38,424 nt of DNA. Origin: a virus (Duplodnaviria; Caudoviricetes). A model generated the notes under the pieces. That model was given only the letters and a program-made list of their open reading frames with translations. It was not told the DNA's origin and made no database searches. Where the stretch lies: IMG/VR virus record IMGVR_UViG_3300033232_000040, positions 1-38,424 of that record. One strand, 5' to 3'. Position numbers and translations under genes: made by a program. Positions 26,163 through 34,448 of this stretch are shown in pieces (the first letter of the stretch is position 1; every line of letters begins with the position of its first letter).

Positions 26163-26731
26163 CCATGAAAACCCTGCACACCGACCTATTCCCTGAAACC
26201 CTGCTGGTCAGCCGCGAGGGCGACCAGGTGTTCACCACCAGCCTGAAGGTGGCGGACCACTTCAACAAGCGCCATACGCACGTTCTTCGTGCGGTTGAAA
26301 ACTTGCTCGCAGACATCTCCAGCCAGCCCAATTATGGGCCGGCTGATGCGCCAAAAATTGGGCTCGTTTCCGAGTTTCGCCGGCTCAATTTTGAGCCGGC
26401 TGAGTACCTGGATGCGCAGAAGAAGCCGCGGCAGATGTACAAGATGACCCATGACGGTTTCGCCATGTTGGCGATGGGTTTCACCGGCAAGGAAGCGCTG
26501 GTCTGGAAAATCGATTTCCTCGCAGCATTCCGCGACATGGAACGCCAGATCGCCGCCTTCCACGCCCGCGAAGCCAACGCGCTGTATGCAATCCGACCGC
26601 GCTGGCGCGCGATTGTGGATCATCCGGAACTGCCCCGCGTTCAGCTTATCGGGCTGACCGGCCACAAATCCCCAGGATCGATCACCGCATGCCGCCGGCG
26701 CATGCGTCAAATTGGCCTGCTGGATAGCTGA
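26159..26731 (+). CDS. rha: Rha-family regulator / antirepressor
   Basis: TTSLKVADHFNKRHTHVLRAVENL...YKMTHDGFAMLAMGFTGKEALVWKIDFLAAFRDME. Confidence 0.9.
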   Translation: MTMKTLHTDLFPETLLVSREGDQVFTTSLKVADHFNKRHTHVLRAVENLLADISSQPNYGPADAPKIGLVSEFRRLNFEPAEYLDAQKKPRQMYKMTHDGFAMLAMGFTGKEALVWKIDFLAAFRDMERQIAAFHAREANALYAIRPRWRAIVDHPELPRVQLIGLTGHKSPGSITACRRRMRQIGLLDS

Positions 26732-26733
26732 TC

Positions 26734-27168
26734 ATGGCTGAATACGCCCGCCGCAACGGCACCCAGCTCCGCAACGCCGAACTGGCGCAGATCCACATCG
26801 CCCGCGCCCAGCTCGGCATCGACGAGGACACCTACCGCGCCGTGCTGTGGACGGTGGCCCGCGTTACGTCGGCCAAGGATCTGGACTGGACCGGCCGCAA
26901 GAAGCTGCTGGAGCACTTTCAGGCCAAGGGATGGAAGCCAGCCCCGCCGAAGCGCGCGAAGGCCGCCACGCCGGTTTCCGCCGGCCAGGAGGGCCTGGTG
27001 CGCGCGCTGTGGAGCGACCTGCACGCGGCGGGCAAGGTGCGCGACCCGTCCGACGCGGCGCTGGGCAGCTGGCTGGCCCGCAACAAGTGGCCGCAGCGGG
27101 CGGAATGGCTCAGCCAGCGGCAGATCACCCAGGCAATCGAGGCGCTTAAAAAATGGCTGGATCGGTGA
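26734..27168 (+). CDS. gemA: GemA / Mu gp16 (DUF1018)
   Basis: LAQIHIARAQLGIDEDTYRAVL...SAKDL...IEALKKW. Confidence 0.9.
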   Translation: MAEYARRNGTQLRNAELAQIHIARAQLGIDEDTYRAVLWTVARVTSAKDLDWTGRKKLLEHFQAKGWKPAPPKRAKAATPVSAGQEGLVRALWSDLHAAGKVRDPSDAALGSWLARNKWPQRAEWLSQRQITQAIEALKKWLDR

Positions 27169-27734
27169 ACCCCACCCCGCTGGAGAACTACCCCGAGGAG
27201 CTGCTGCTGGCGGCCGGGCAGGTTGACGCGCGCCTGCAGGCGCTGGGGGTGGGCGGCGACGACGCCAGGCGCATCGGCTGGGAGATTGCCGAGCACCTGC
27301 GCAATTACTGGGGCGGGCGCCAGATCTACCTGATCAAGGAAGCGCTGAAGACCGACCCGCGCCAGATCAGCCTGCTGGACAGCAGCGACCACGCGGCCGG
27401 GCTGAACGAGCGCGAAATGCTGGTGGACATTGCCGAGCAGGTGGAAGAGCGCCTGGTGGCGATCGGCCACGCGCACGACGAAGCCAACCGCCTGGGCTGG
27501 GAGGTGGCGCGCCACCTGAACGTGTTTTGGGGCGGTGGATCGTTGTATATTTGCAAGGGCGTGCACTACGAAATCAGCCTGCGCGACCAGGAGATTTATC
27601 GCCGCTTCAACGGCACCAATCACGACTGGCTGGCCACCACCTACGACCTGACCGTGCAGCACGTCTACCGGATCGTGAAGCGCGTCGGCGCGGCCGAGCT
27701 GGCGAAGCGGCAGTCGCAGTTGTTCCCGGCTTGA
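27165..27734 (+). CDS. mor: Mor/C-family late transcription activator with duplicated N-terminal domain
   Basis: Two copies of GWE(I/V)A.HL...WGG...Y..K, then RDQEIYRRFNGTN...LA..YDLTVQHVYRIVK HTH. Confidence 0.88.
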   Translation: MNPTPLENYPEELLLAAGQVDARLQALGVGGDDARRIGWEIAEHLRNYWGGRQIYLIKEALKTDPRQISLLDSSDHAAGLNEREMLVDIAEQVEERLVAIGHAHDEANRLGWEVARHLNVFWGGGSLYICKGVHYEISLRDQEIYRRFNGTNHDWLATTYDLTVQHVYRIVKRVGAAELAKRQSQLFPA

Positions 27735-27738
27735 CTCT

Positions 27739-27781
27739 GTAACCTGCGTTAATTCCCCCCCCGCGCGCGCGTGGCCACACT
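27739..27781 (+). promoter_or_regulatory. Mor/C-type late promoter (lysis/packaging operon)
   Basis: GTAACCTGCGTTAA, 23 bp, CACACT, 6 nt, ATG. Confidence 0.7.
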
Positions 27782-27787
27782 GGCCTC

Positions 27788-28273
27788 ATGCGTGCTTCCC
27801 AAGCCCTTCACGATTACCTTCACCGCCGCGAGGAATTCCGCGCGGTGCCCTACCGTGACGCGGCCGGTATCTGGACGATCGGCTATGGCCACGTCATCCG
27901 CCCCCACGAAAAGAAGACCCTCACCAGGCTGACCGAGCCGCAGGCGGCCGCGCTGGCCAGGCGCGACCTGGAGCCGGTGGAGCTGTATCTGCGGGCGATC
28001 CACCCCCGCTTCGAATCCCCCATCAATCAGCACCAGTTCGACGGCGTGCTGAGCTTTGCCTTCAACGTGGGCTTGCGCGCGCTGGAGGAATCGACGCTGC
28101 TGAAGCGGCTGCGCGTCGGCGACTTTGCCGGCGCGGCGGAGCAGTTCGACCGCTGGGTGTTCATTACGGTAACCGACAGCCGGGGCAACCGGATCAAGCA
28201 GAAAAGCCGCGGCCTGGTGAACCGCCGCCGCATGGACCGCGCGATCTTCGAGTGGGGGGTGTATGCCGACTGA
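27788..28273 (+). CDS. Endolysin, GH24 lysozyme
   Basis: REEFRAVPYRDAAGIWTIGYGH (E-D-T triad), QFDGVLSFAFNVG, GLVNRR. Confidence 0.92.
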   Translation: MRASQALHDYLHRREEFRAVPYRDAAGIWTIGYGHVIRPHEKKTLTRLTEPQAAALARRDLEPVELYLRAIHPRFESPINQHQFDGVLSFAFNVGLRALEESTLLKRLRVGDFAGAAEQFDRWVFITVTDSRGNRIKQKSRGLVNRRRMDRAIFEWGVYAD

Positions 28274-28472
28274 TTTCGACGACGGCCCGCCGCCCTACAC
28301 CGTGGCGATGCACGTGAACATCCGCTTCGTCCACGTGGTGACGCAGGCCGACAACATGGACGCGGCGGCCGCAATGGTGCGCAGCCAGATCGAGCTGTTC
28401 GTCAACAAGGCAAAGGCCGAGGCCGAGGCCGCCGGCATCCAGATGAAGTGCGGATACATGGTGGCCTACTGA
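28263..28472 (+). CDS. Small hypothetical protein
   Basis: 69 aa, overlaps both neighbours. Confidence 0.55.
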   Translation: MPTDFDDGPPPYTVAMHVNIRFVHVVTQADNMDAAAAMVRSQIELFVNKAKAEAEAAGIQMKCGYMVAY

Positions 28473-29080
28473 TGAGCCTGGCTGACAATCTCGCCCAGGC
28501 GCAGCCACCCCGCGTGGTGCTGGTGCATGGCATTCACTCACCCGAGGGCACCAGCCACATCCGCCAGCTGAAGCCCTATTTCGAGGCGCAGGGGTTCCGG
28601 GTGCTGGTGTTCGAATACGGCTTTCTGTCGGTGCTGCGCGCGCGCTGGGCGAATCCCGGCATCGCCCGCACGCTGGCTGCGGTGGTGCATCGCGACGACC
28701 ACCTGGTGTGCCACAGCAACGGCTGCACCATTGCCTGGCTGGCGATGCGCGACCACGGGATGAAATGCCTGAAGCTGAGCCTGATCGCCCCGGCGCTGGA
28801 CGATGACAAGACCACCCCAGGCGCCACCTGGACCAGCGTCTATCACAACGCCTGCGACCACGTGGTGTGGTTTTCCCGCCTGCTGTGGCGCCACGCCTGG
28901 GGCAGCATGGGGCGCGACGGCTGCACCAACGTGGACGGGATGCGCCTGGGCATGCACAACATCGACGTGGCCAACCACGCCGGCCTGCCGCAGATTTGCG
29001 GGCACCTGGAATATTTTGAGCCGCATATCCTGCCGCGCTTTGCGCCGTGGCTGGTGCGGCGGCATCTGGAGAGAGTATGA
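28472..29080 (+). CDS. Alpha/beta hydrolase (lipase/esterase-like)
   Basis: VVLVHGI oxyanion region, nucleophile elbow LVCHSNG, LIAPAL, candidate D (NACDHVV) and H (GHLEYF). Confidence 0.75.
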   Translation: MSLADNLAQAQPPRVVLVHGIHSPEGTSHIRQLKPYFEAQGFRVLVFEYGFLSVLRARWANPGIARTLAAVVHRDDHLVCHSNGCTIAWLAMRDHGMKCLKLSLIAPALDDDKTTPGATWTSVYHNACDHVVWFSRLLWRHAWGSMGRDGCTNVDGMRLGMHNIDVANHAGLPQICGHLEYFEPHILPRFAPWLVRRHLERV

Positions 29081-29589
29081 AAACCTGGAAAAAATGGGCG
29101 GCAGCCACGCTGCTTTGGTACATCGGCGGGATGCTGCTGGTTGTCGCGGTGCTGGCAGCGCTGCCGGCGCATGCCTCGGAGCCGTTCGGCGGCCAGGTGG
29201 TGGGCGTGGCCGACGGCGACACGCTGACGGTGCTGACCGACACCACGCCGGTGAAGGTGCGCCTGGCCGAGATCGATGCGCCGGAGAAAAAGCAGGACTT
29301 CGGCGAGCGCGCCAAGCAATCCCTGGCGGCCCTGTGTTTCGGCCAGCAAGCCGTGGTGTTAAGGGGCAAGACTGACTTCTACGGCCGCACGGTGGCGCGG
29401 GTGCGCTGCCAGGGCGTGGACGCCAGCCTGCACCAGGTGCAACAGGGGCTGGCCTGGGCCTATACCGCTTACCTCACCGACCCCGATGTGGCCACTGCCG
29501 AGCTACTGGCACGCGAAGCCCGCCTGGGCTTGTGGGCGGACGCTGAGCCGACGGCGCCGTGGGCCTTCAGAAAGGCGAAAAAGAAATGA
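29077..29589 (+). CDS. Thermonuclease (SNase) with N-terminal signal/TM
   Basis: VADGDTL, VRLAEIDAPE, QDFG, DFYGRTVA, GLAWAY, GLWAD. Hydrophobic leader ending AHA. Confidence 0.92.
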   Translation: MKTWKKWAAATLLWYIGGMLLVVAVLAALPAHASEPFGGQVVGVADGDTLTVLTDTTPVKVRLAEIDAPEKKQDFGERAKQSLAALCFGQQAVVLRGKTDFYGRTVARVRCQGVDASLHQVQQGLAWAYTAYLTDPDVATAELLAREARLGLWADAEPTAPWAFRKAKKK

Positions 29590-30011
29590 AGCGCGCAATT
29601 GTTTCCCTGATTTTGCTGGCGCTGGGCGGCTGCACCTCGCTGCAGCAGGCTGGCACGGCCAGCTACACCATCCGCCCGATGCTGATCGACGGCCGCACGG
29701 TGTGCTGCGAGGTGGCGGTGGTGAACGGCAAGCAGTACGCCAGCCTGGACGCCACGCTGATCAAGACCGGCGACGACTACACGGTGACGCTTCAGGAACG
29801 CGGTGTGGAAGCGTTTCGCGGGCAGGAAATCGCGTCCGGGGCGGCGAAATCGGTGGCTGGCGTGGCCGGCAAGGCGGTGGCGGTGGGCGGTGCGGTTCTG
29901 ATCGCGCCGCTGGCCGCGCCGGCGGTGGGCGCGGCGCTTATGTCCGGCACGGCTGGCGCAGCAGCGGCGGGTGTGGGGGCTGGCGTGCTGATCAACAAGG
30001 CGATCGATTGA
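29586..30011 (+). CDS. Lipoprotein with C-terminal hydrophobic segment (candidate unimolecular spanin)
   Basis: Lipobox LGGC at residue 16, beta-rich middle, long Gly/Ala/Val C-terminal segment. Confidence 0.6.
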   Translation: MKRAIVSLILLALGGCTSLQQAGTASYTIRPMLIDGRTVCCEVAVVNGKQYASLDATLIKTGDDYTVTLQERGVEAFRGQEIASGAAKSVAGVAGKAVAVGGAVLIAPLAAPAVGAALMSGTAGAAAAGVGAGVLINKAID

Positions 30012-30244
30012 TGGAATTCGACTACGAACCCGATCCGCTGGACGTGGCATCCAGGATCGAGGCCGCCGAGCGTGACGCGTGCGTCGCTGCGGCACGCAAT
30101 AAGCCGGCAATGCAGGCGACCGGGTTTTGCCGCGAGCCCAAATGCGGGGCGATCCTGCCGAAAGGGCAACTGTTTTGCGGCGAGGAGTGCCGCGATTACT
30201 ACGAAAAAACAGAACGCATGAAGCGGATCACGGGGAAAGCATGA
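30011..30244 (+). CDS. TraR/DksA-like Zn-finger protein
   Basis: DPLDVAS N-terminus, C.EPKC...FCGEEC. Confidence 0.65.
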   Translation: MEFDYEPDPLDVASRIEAAERDACVAAARNKPAMQATGFCREPKCGAILPKGQLFCGEECRDYYEKTERMKRITGKA

Positions 30245-30678
30245 GCGCGGTTCAAATCGAGATATGGCAGTTGATCACCCTGTTCGTCATGTTCGTGGGC
30301 GGGGTGGCGTCGGCCGGCTGGATGCTGCTTGGGCAAATCGACAAGCGACTGGGCGCGAGCATTACTGCGATGGAGGCCTCAGGACAGGCCAACGCGGCGC
30401 ATCTTGATGCCAAGTTTTCCGTGATGGAAAAGGCGCGCCAGGACAACACGGCGCACTGGGATTCAAAATTCAAGGCGGTGCTCGATGATCAGCGCGAAGG
30501 CACCGACGCCTGGCGCAACCTGGAGCGCGATTTCCTCAAGTTTCGCGGCGACCTGCCCCTGGAATACGTGCGGCGCGAGGACTTCATCCGCAACCAGAGC
30601 GTGATCGAGGCCAAGCTCGACGCCGTGATGCTGCATATCCAGAACCTCCAGCTGCAAAGGAACAATAAAAATGGTTGA
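30241..30678 (+). CDS. Membrane-anchored coiled-coil protein (Mu gp25-like position)
   Basis: One N-terminal TM, LPLEYVRREDFIRNQSVIEAKLD. Confidence 0.7.
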   Translation: MSAVQIEIWQLITLFVMFVGGVASAGWMLLGQIDKRLGASITAMEASGQANAAHLDAKFSVMEKARQDNTAHWDSKFKAVLDDQREGTDAWRNLERDFLKFRGDLPLEYVRREDFIRNQSVIEAKLDAVMLHIQNLQLQRNNKNG

Positions 30679-30976
30679 CCCCCACAAGATCCGCCGCGAG
30701 ACGCTGCGCTGGAACATCCTGCTGACGCTCAACAACGCCCGCCCGATCGGCGCGCATGAGGAGCTTGTGCTGGCCACGGTGCAGGGCCTGTTCCTGGACG
30801 CCAGCGCGCTGGAAGTGCGGCGCGAGCTGGACTATCTGGCCGACCGCGAGCTGGTCCACCTGGTGAAGGAGCCAGGCGGTCGCTGGTTTGCCGACCTCAA
30901 GCGCCACGGCGTCGACGTGGTGGAATATACGGTCGACTGCGATGCCGGCATCGGCCGCCCGGTCAAGTACTGGTAA
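30671..30976 (+). CDS. Mu gp26-like protein
   Basis: RRETLRWNILLTL...VRRELDYLADRELV...GVDVVEYTVDCDAGIGRP. Confidence 0.8.
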   Translation: MVDPHKIRRETLRWNILLTLNNARPIGAHEELVLATVQGLFLDASALEVRRELDYLADRELVHLVKEPGGRWFADLKRHGVDVVEYTVDCDAGIGRPVKYW

Positions 30977-30982
30977 GCCGCG

Positions 30983-31507
30983 ATGCCCCGCCGCTCAAAA
31001 GTTCTGGACCTGCCCGCCGCCGTCAAGAAATGGCTCGACGGTGCGCTGATCGACGGCAATTTTTCCGGCTATGAAGAGCTGGCCGCCGAACTGAAGGGGC
31101 GCGGCTACGACATCAGCAAGTCCGGCCTGCACCGCTACGGCAGCAGCTTCGACGACCGCCTGCGCGCCCTCAAGCTGGTGACCGAGCAGGCCAAGGCGGT
31201 GGTGCTGGCCGCGCCGGACGAGGAAGACGCGGTGACAGAGGCGCTGGTGCGGTTGACGCAGGAGAAGCTGTTCACCGTGGTGATGGACCTGAACGTCGAC
31301 CCCGAGAAGGTCAACCTGTCCAGCATCACCCGCAGCATCGCCGAACTGGCGCGCAGCTCGGTCAACCAGAAGAAGTACGCCGCTGAAGTGCGCGCGAAGG
31401 ACGCGGAGAAGCTGACCAAGCTGGAAGGCGAGGCCAAATCGGGCAAGAGCACGCTCGATCTGGAAACTATCAAACGAATCCGCGAGCAGCTCTACGGCAT
31501 CACATGA
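30983..31507 (+). CDS. Terminase small subunit-like (Mu gp27, DUF3486)
   Basis: MPRRSKVLDLP...ISKSGLHRYG...IREQLYGI. Confidence 0.85.
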   Translation: MPRRSKVLDLPAAVKKWLDGALIDGNFSGYEELAAELKGRGYDISKSGLHRYGSSFDDRLRALKLVTEQAKAVVLAAPDEEDAVTEALVRLTQEKLFTVVMDLNVDPEKVNLSSITRSIAELARSSVNQKKYAAEVRAKDAEKLTKLEGEAKSGKSTLDLETIKRIREQLYGIT

Positions 31508-32850
31508 CCACGCCCGCCGTCCCCCTCCACAAGTACCAGCGCGAGTGGTTTTTGGACCGCTCGCGCTTCAAGATCGGCATGTTCGCCCGGCAGACCGGCA
31601 AGACCTTCACCACCAGCCTGGAGCTGGTGGACGACTGTTTTGAGGCCGAGGCGATGGGCAAGCGCACGCGCTGGGTGATCCTCTCCCGCGGCGAGCGCCA
31701 GGCCAAGGAGGCGATGGAGGAAGGCGTGAAGAAGCACGCCCGCGCCTACAACATGGCGCTGCAGGAGATCGAATCGGGCTATCGCGGCAGCGATGGCACG
31801 CTCTACACCATGCTGGACGTGGTGCTGCCGAACGGCAGCAAGATCACGGCACTGCCTGCGAATCCCGACACGGCGCGGGGCTTTTCGGCCAATGTGTTCC
31901 TCGACGAATTCGCCTTCCACGCCGACAGCCGCAAGATCTGGACGGCGCTGTTTCCGGTGATTTCGGCCGGCCACAAGCTGCGCATCACCAGCACACCCAA
32001 CGGCAAGGGCAACAAGTTCTACGACATCATGACCGGCGACGACCCGATCTGGTCGAAGCACACGGTGGACATCTACCAGGCGGTAAAGGACGGCCTGCCG
32101 CGCGACATCGAGATGCTGCGCCGGGCGCTGGGCGACGACGACGCCTGGATGCAGGAATACGAGCTGAAGTGGCTGGACGAGGCGAGCGCCTGGATTTCGT
32201 TCGACCTGATCAACGGCGTGGAGCACGACAAGGCCGGGATGCCAGAGCATTACAACGGCGGGCCGTGCTATGTGGGCGTGGACATCGCGGCCAGAAACGA
32301 CCTGTTCGTGATCTGGGTGATCGAGCAGGTGGGCGACGTGCTGTGGACGCGCGAGATCATCGCGCGCCGGCGCATCACCTTTGCCGAGCAGGACTTCCTG
32401 CTGGACCAGGTGTTCAAGCAATACCGGGTGATCCGCTGCCAGATCGACCAGACCGGCATGGGCGAAAAGCCGGTCGAAGACGCCAAGCGCCGCCACGGCA
32501 GCACCCGCGTGCAGGGCGTGCTGTTCACCTCCGCCGCCAAGCTGCAGCTGGCCACGGTGGGCAAGGAAGCGTTCGAGGACAAGAAGCTGCGCATCCCGCT
32601 GGGCGACGCCGCGCTGCGCGCCGACCTGCACAAGCTGCAAAAGCTGACCGGCCCCACCGGCGTGCCGCGATTCGTCGCGGATTCCGACAGCACCGGCCAC
32701 GCCGACCGCACCTGGGCGGGATTCCTGGCGATCGATGCGGCGGCCACCCCGGCGACGGATTACGCCTTTACCCCCGGCCCCGCCAAGTCCACCCGCTGGG
32801 ACAGCGACTCGGACGATGACATTGACCGCCACGCGAAAGCGGGCTGGTAG
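31504..32850 (+). CDS. Terminase large subunit (Mu gp28-like)
   Basis: ARQTGKT Walker A, VFLDEFAFH, STPNGKGN, GVDIA, IDQTGMG, GHADR. Confidence 0.93.
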   Translation: MTTPAVPLHKYQREWFLDRSRFKIGMFARQTGKTFTTSLELVDDCFEAEAMGKRTRWVILSRGERQAKEAMEEGVKKHARAYNMALQEIESGYRGSDGTLYTMLDVVLPNGSKITALPANPDTARGFSANVFLDEFAFHADSRKIWTALFPVISAGHKLRITSTPNGKGNKFYDIMTGDDPIWSKHTVDIYQAVKDGLPRDIEMLRRALGDDDAWMQEYELKWLDEASAWISFDLINGVEHDKAGMPEHYNGGPCYVGVDIAARNDLFVIWVIEQVGDVLWTREIIARRRITFAEQDFLLDQVFKQYRVIRCQIDQTGMGEKPVEDAKRRHGSTRVQGVLFTSAAKLQLATVGKEAFEDKKLRIPLGDAALRADLHKLQKLTGPTGVPRFVADSDSTGHADRTWAGFLAIDAAATPATDYAFTPGPAKSTRWDSDSDDDIDRHAKAGW

Positions 32851-32858
32851 GAGGACAC

Positions 32859-34448
32859 ATGGCAATACTGGACGCACGGGGCAACCCGATCGAGCGCAAG
32901 ACCCTGGCGGAGCCGCAGACGGCGCGGATGGCGTCGCTGCATCAGGAGTTTGCCGACCACCCGGCGCGCGGACTCACGCCGCAGCGCCTGCACAGCATTA
33001 TGACCAGCGCCGAGCAGGGCGACCTGACGGCGCAGTCGGACCTGTTCGAGGACATGGAGGAGCGCGACACCCAGATTTTTGCCGACATGAGCAAGAGGAA
33101 GCGCGGGCTGCTGACGATCGACTGGCGCATCGACCCGCCGCCCAACGCCAGCGCGGCGGAAAAGGCGCTGGCCGAGTATGCCAAGGAGCGGCTGGATTCG
33201 ATTGCCGACCTCGAGGACGTGATCCTCGGCGCCTTAACCGCGATCGGTCACGGGTTTTCGTGCCTTGAGATGACGTGGGGCAAGATCGACGGCGAGGTGT
33301 TGCCGGACAAGATCGAGCACCGGCCGCAGGCGTGGTTCACGGTCGACCAGGCGACGCGATCGCAGATCCGCCTGAAGGGAACCAGCATGGACGGCGAACC
33401 GCTCAACCCGTTCGGCTGGATCATGCACCAGCACAAGAGCCGCAGCGGCTACATCGCGCGGTCCGGCCTGTTCCGCGTGCTGGTGTGGCCTTACCTGTTC
33501 CGCAATTACGCGGCCCGCGACATGGCGGAATTCCTGGAAATCTACGGCCTGCCGCTGCGCCTGGGCAAATACCCGGCCAACGCCACCCAGGACGAACGCC
33601 GCACACTACTTAATGCAGTGGTGAACATCGGCCACGCGGCCGCCGGCATCATCCCGGAAGGCATGCTGATCGAGTTCCAGGAAGCCGCGAAGGGCCAGCA
33701 CGACCCGTTCATGGCGATGATCGACTGGTGCGAGCGCTCGGTTTCCAAGGCGATTCTCGGCCAGAACGTGGGCCACGACAGCGCCAGCAAGGGTTCGCTG
33801 GCAGGGTCTGAAGTCGACAACGAAGTGCGCAAGGATCTGCTGAAATCAGACGCCCGCCAGCTGCAGGGCACGCTGACGCGCGACCTGATCTACCCGATTC
33901 TGGCTGTCAACAAGGGCCTGGGCGACATTCGCCGCTGCCCGCGCCTGGTGTTCGATTTCCGCGACGTGGAGGATCTGGGCGTGTTCGCAGAAAGCCTGCC
34001 GAAGCTGGTCGGCGCCGGAATGACTGATATTCCGTTGAAGTGGGCGCACGAAAAGCTCGGCATTCCGGAGGCTGTCGACGGTGAAAAAGTGCTGACCGCC
34101 GGCAATTCTTCCGCGCAGACTGTGCCGCGCGTAGCGGAGCCAGAACCCGCAAAGGCCGCGCTGAAGTTCACTCCGCTGGCCGACGTGACGCCCAGCGACA
34201 CCAACCAACTCGCCGACGTCGTCGAATCCGCCGCCGCCCCCGCCCTGAAGGACATGCTCGAGCATGTCCGCTCACTGGCGGAAAAAGCCGACAGCCTGGA
34301 GCAGCTGCGCGACTGGCTGCTCGACGCCTACGGCGAACTGGACAGCAGCAAGATGGCCGACGTGATGGCGACCGGGTTGGGGATTGCGAACCTGACGGGG
34401 CGGTATGACGTGGCGGTGAGCCACGGGATGCTGCCGGAGACACCATGA
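32859..34448 (+). CDS. Portal protein (Mu gp29, DUF935)
   Basis: HPARGLTP, LFEDMEERD, FLEIYGLPLRLGKY, SKAILGQ. Confidence 0.93.
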   Translation: MAILDARGNPIERKTLAEPQTARMASLHQEFADHPARGLTPQRLHSIMTSAEQGDLTAQSDLFEDMEERDTQIFADMSKRKRGLLTIDWRIDPPPNASAAEKALAEYAKERLDSIADLEDVILGALTAIGHGFSCLEMTWGKIDGEVLPDKIEHRPQAWFTVDQATRSQIRLKGTSMDGEPLNPFGWIMHQHKSRSGYIARSGLFRVLVWPYLFRNYAARDMAEFLEIYGLPLRLGKYPANATQDERRTLLNAVVNIGHAAAGIIPEGMLIEFQEAAKGQHDPFMAMIDWCERSVSKAILGQNVGHDSASKGSLAGSEVDNEVRKDLLKSDARQLQGTLTRDLIYPILAVNKGLGDIRRCPRLVFDFRDVEDLGVFAESLPKLVGAGMTDIPLKWAHEKLGIPEAVDGEKVLTAGNSSAQTVPRVAEPEPAKAALKFTPLADVTPSDTNQLADVVESAAAPALKDMLEHVRSLAEKADSLEQLRDWLLDAYGELDSSKMADVMATGLGIANLTGRYDVAVSHGMLPETP

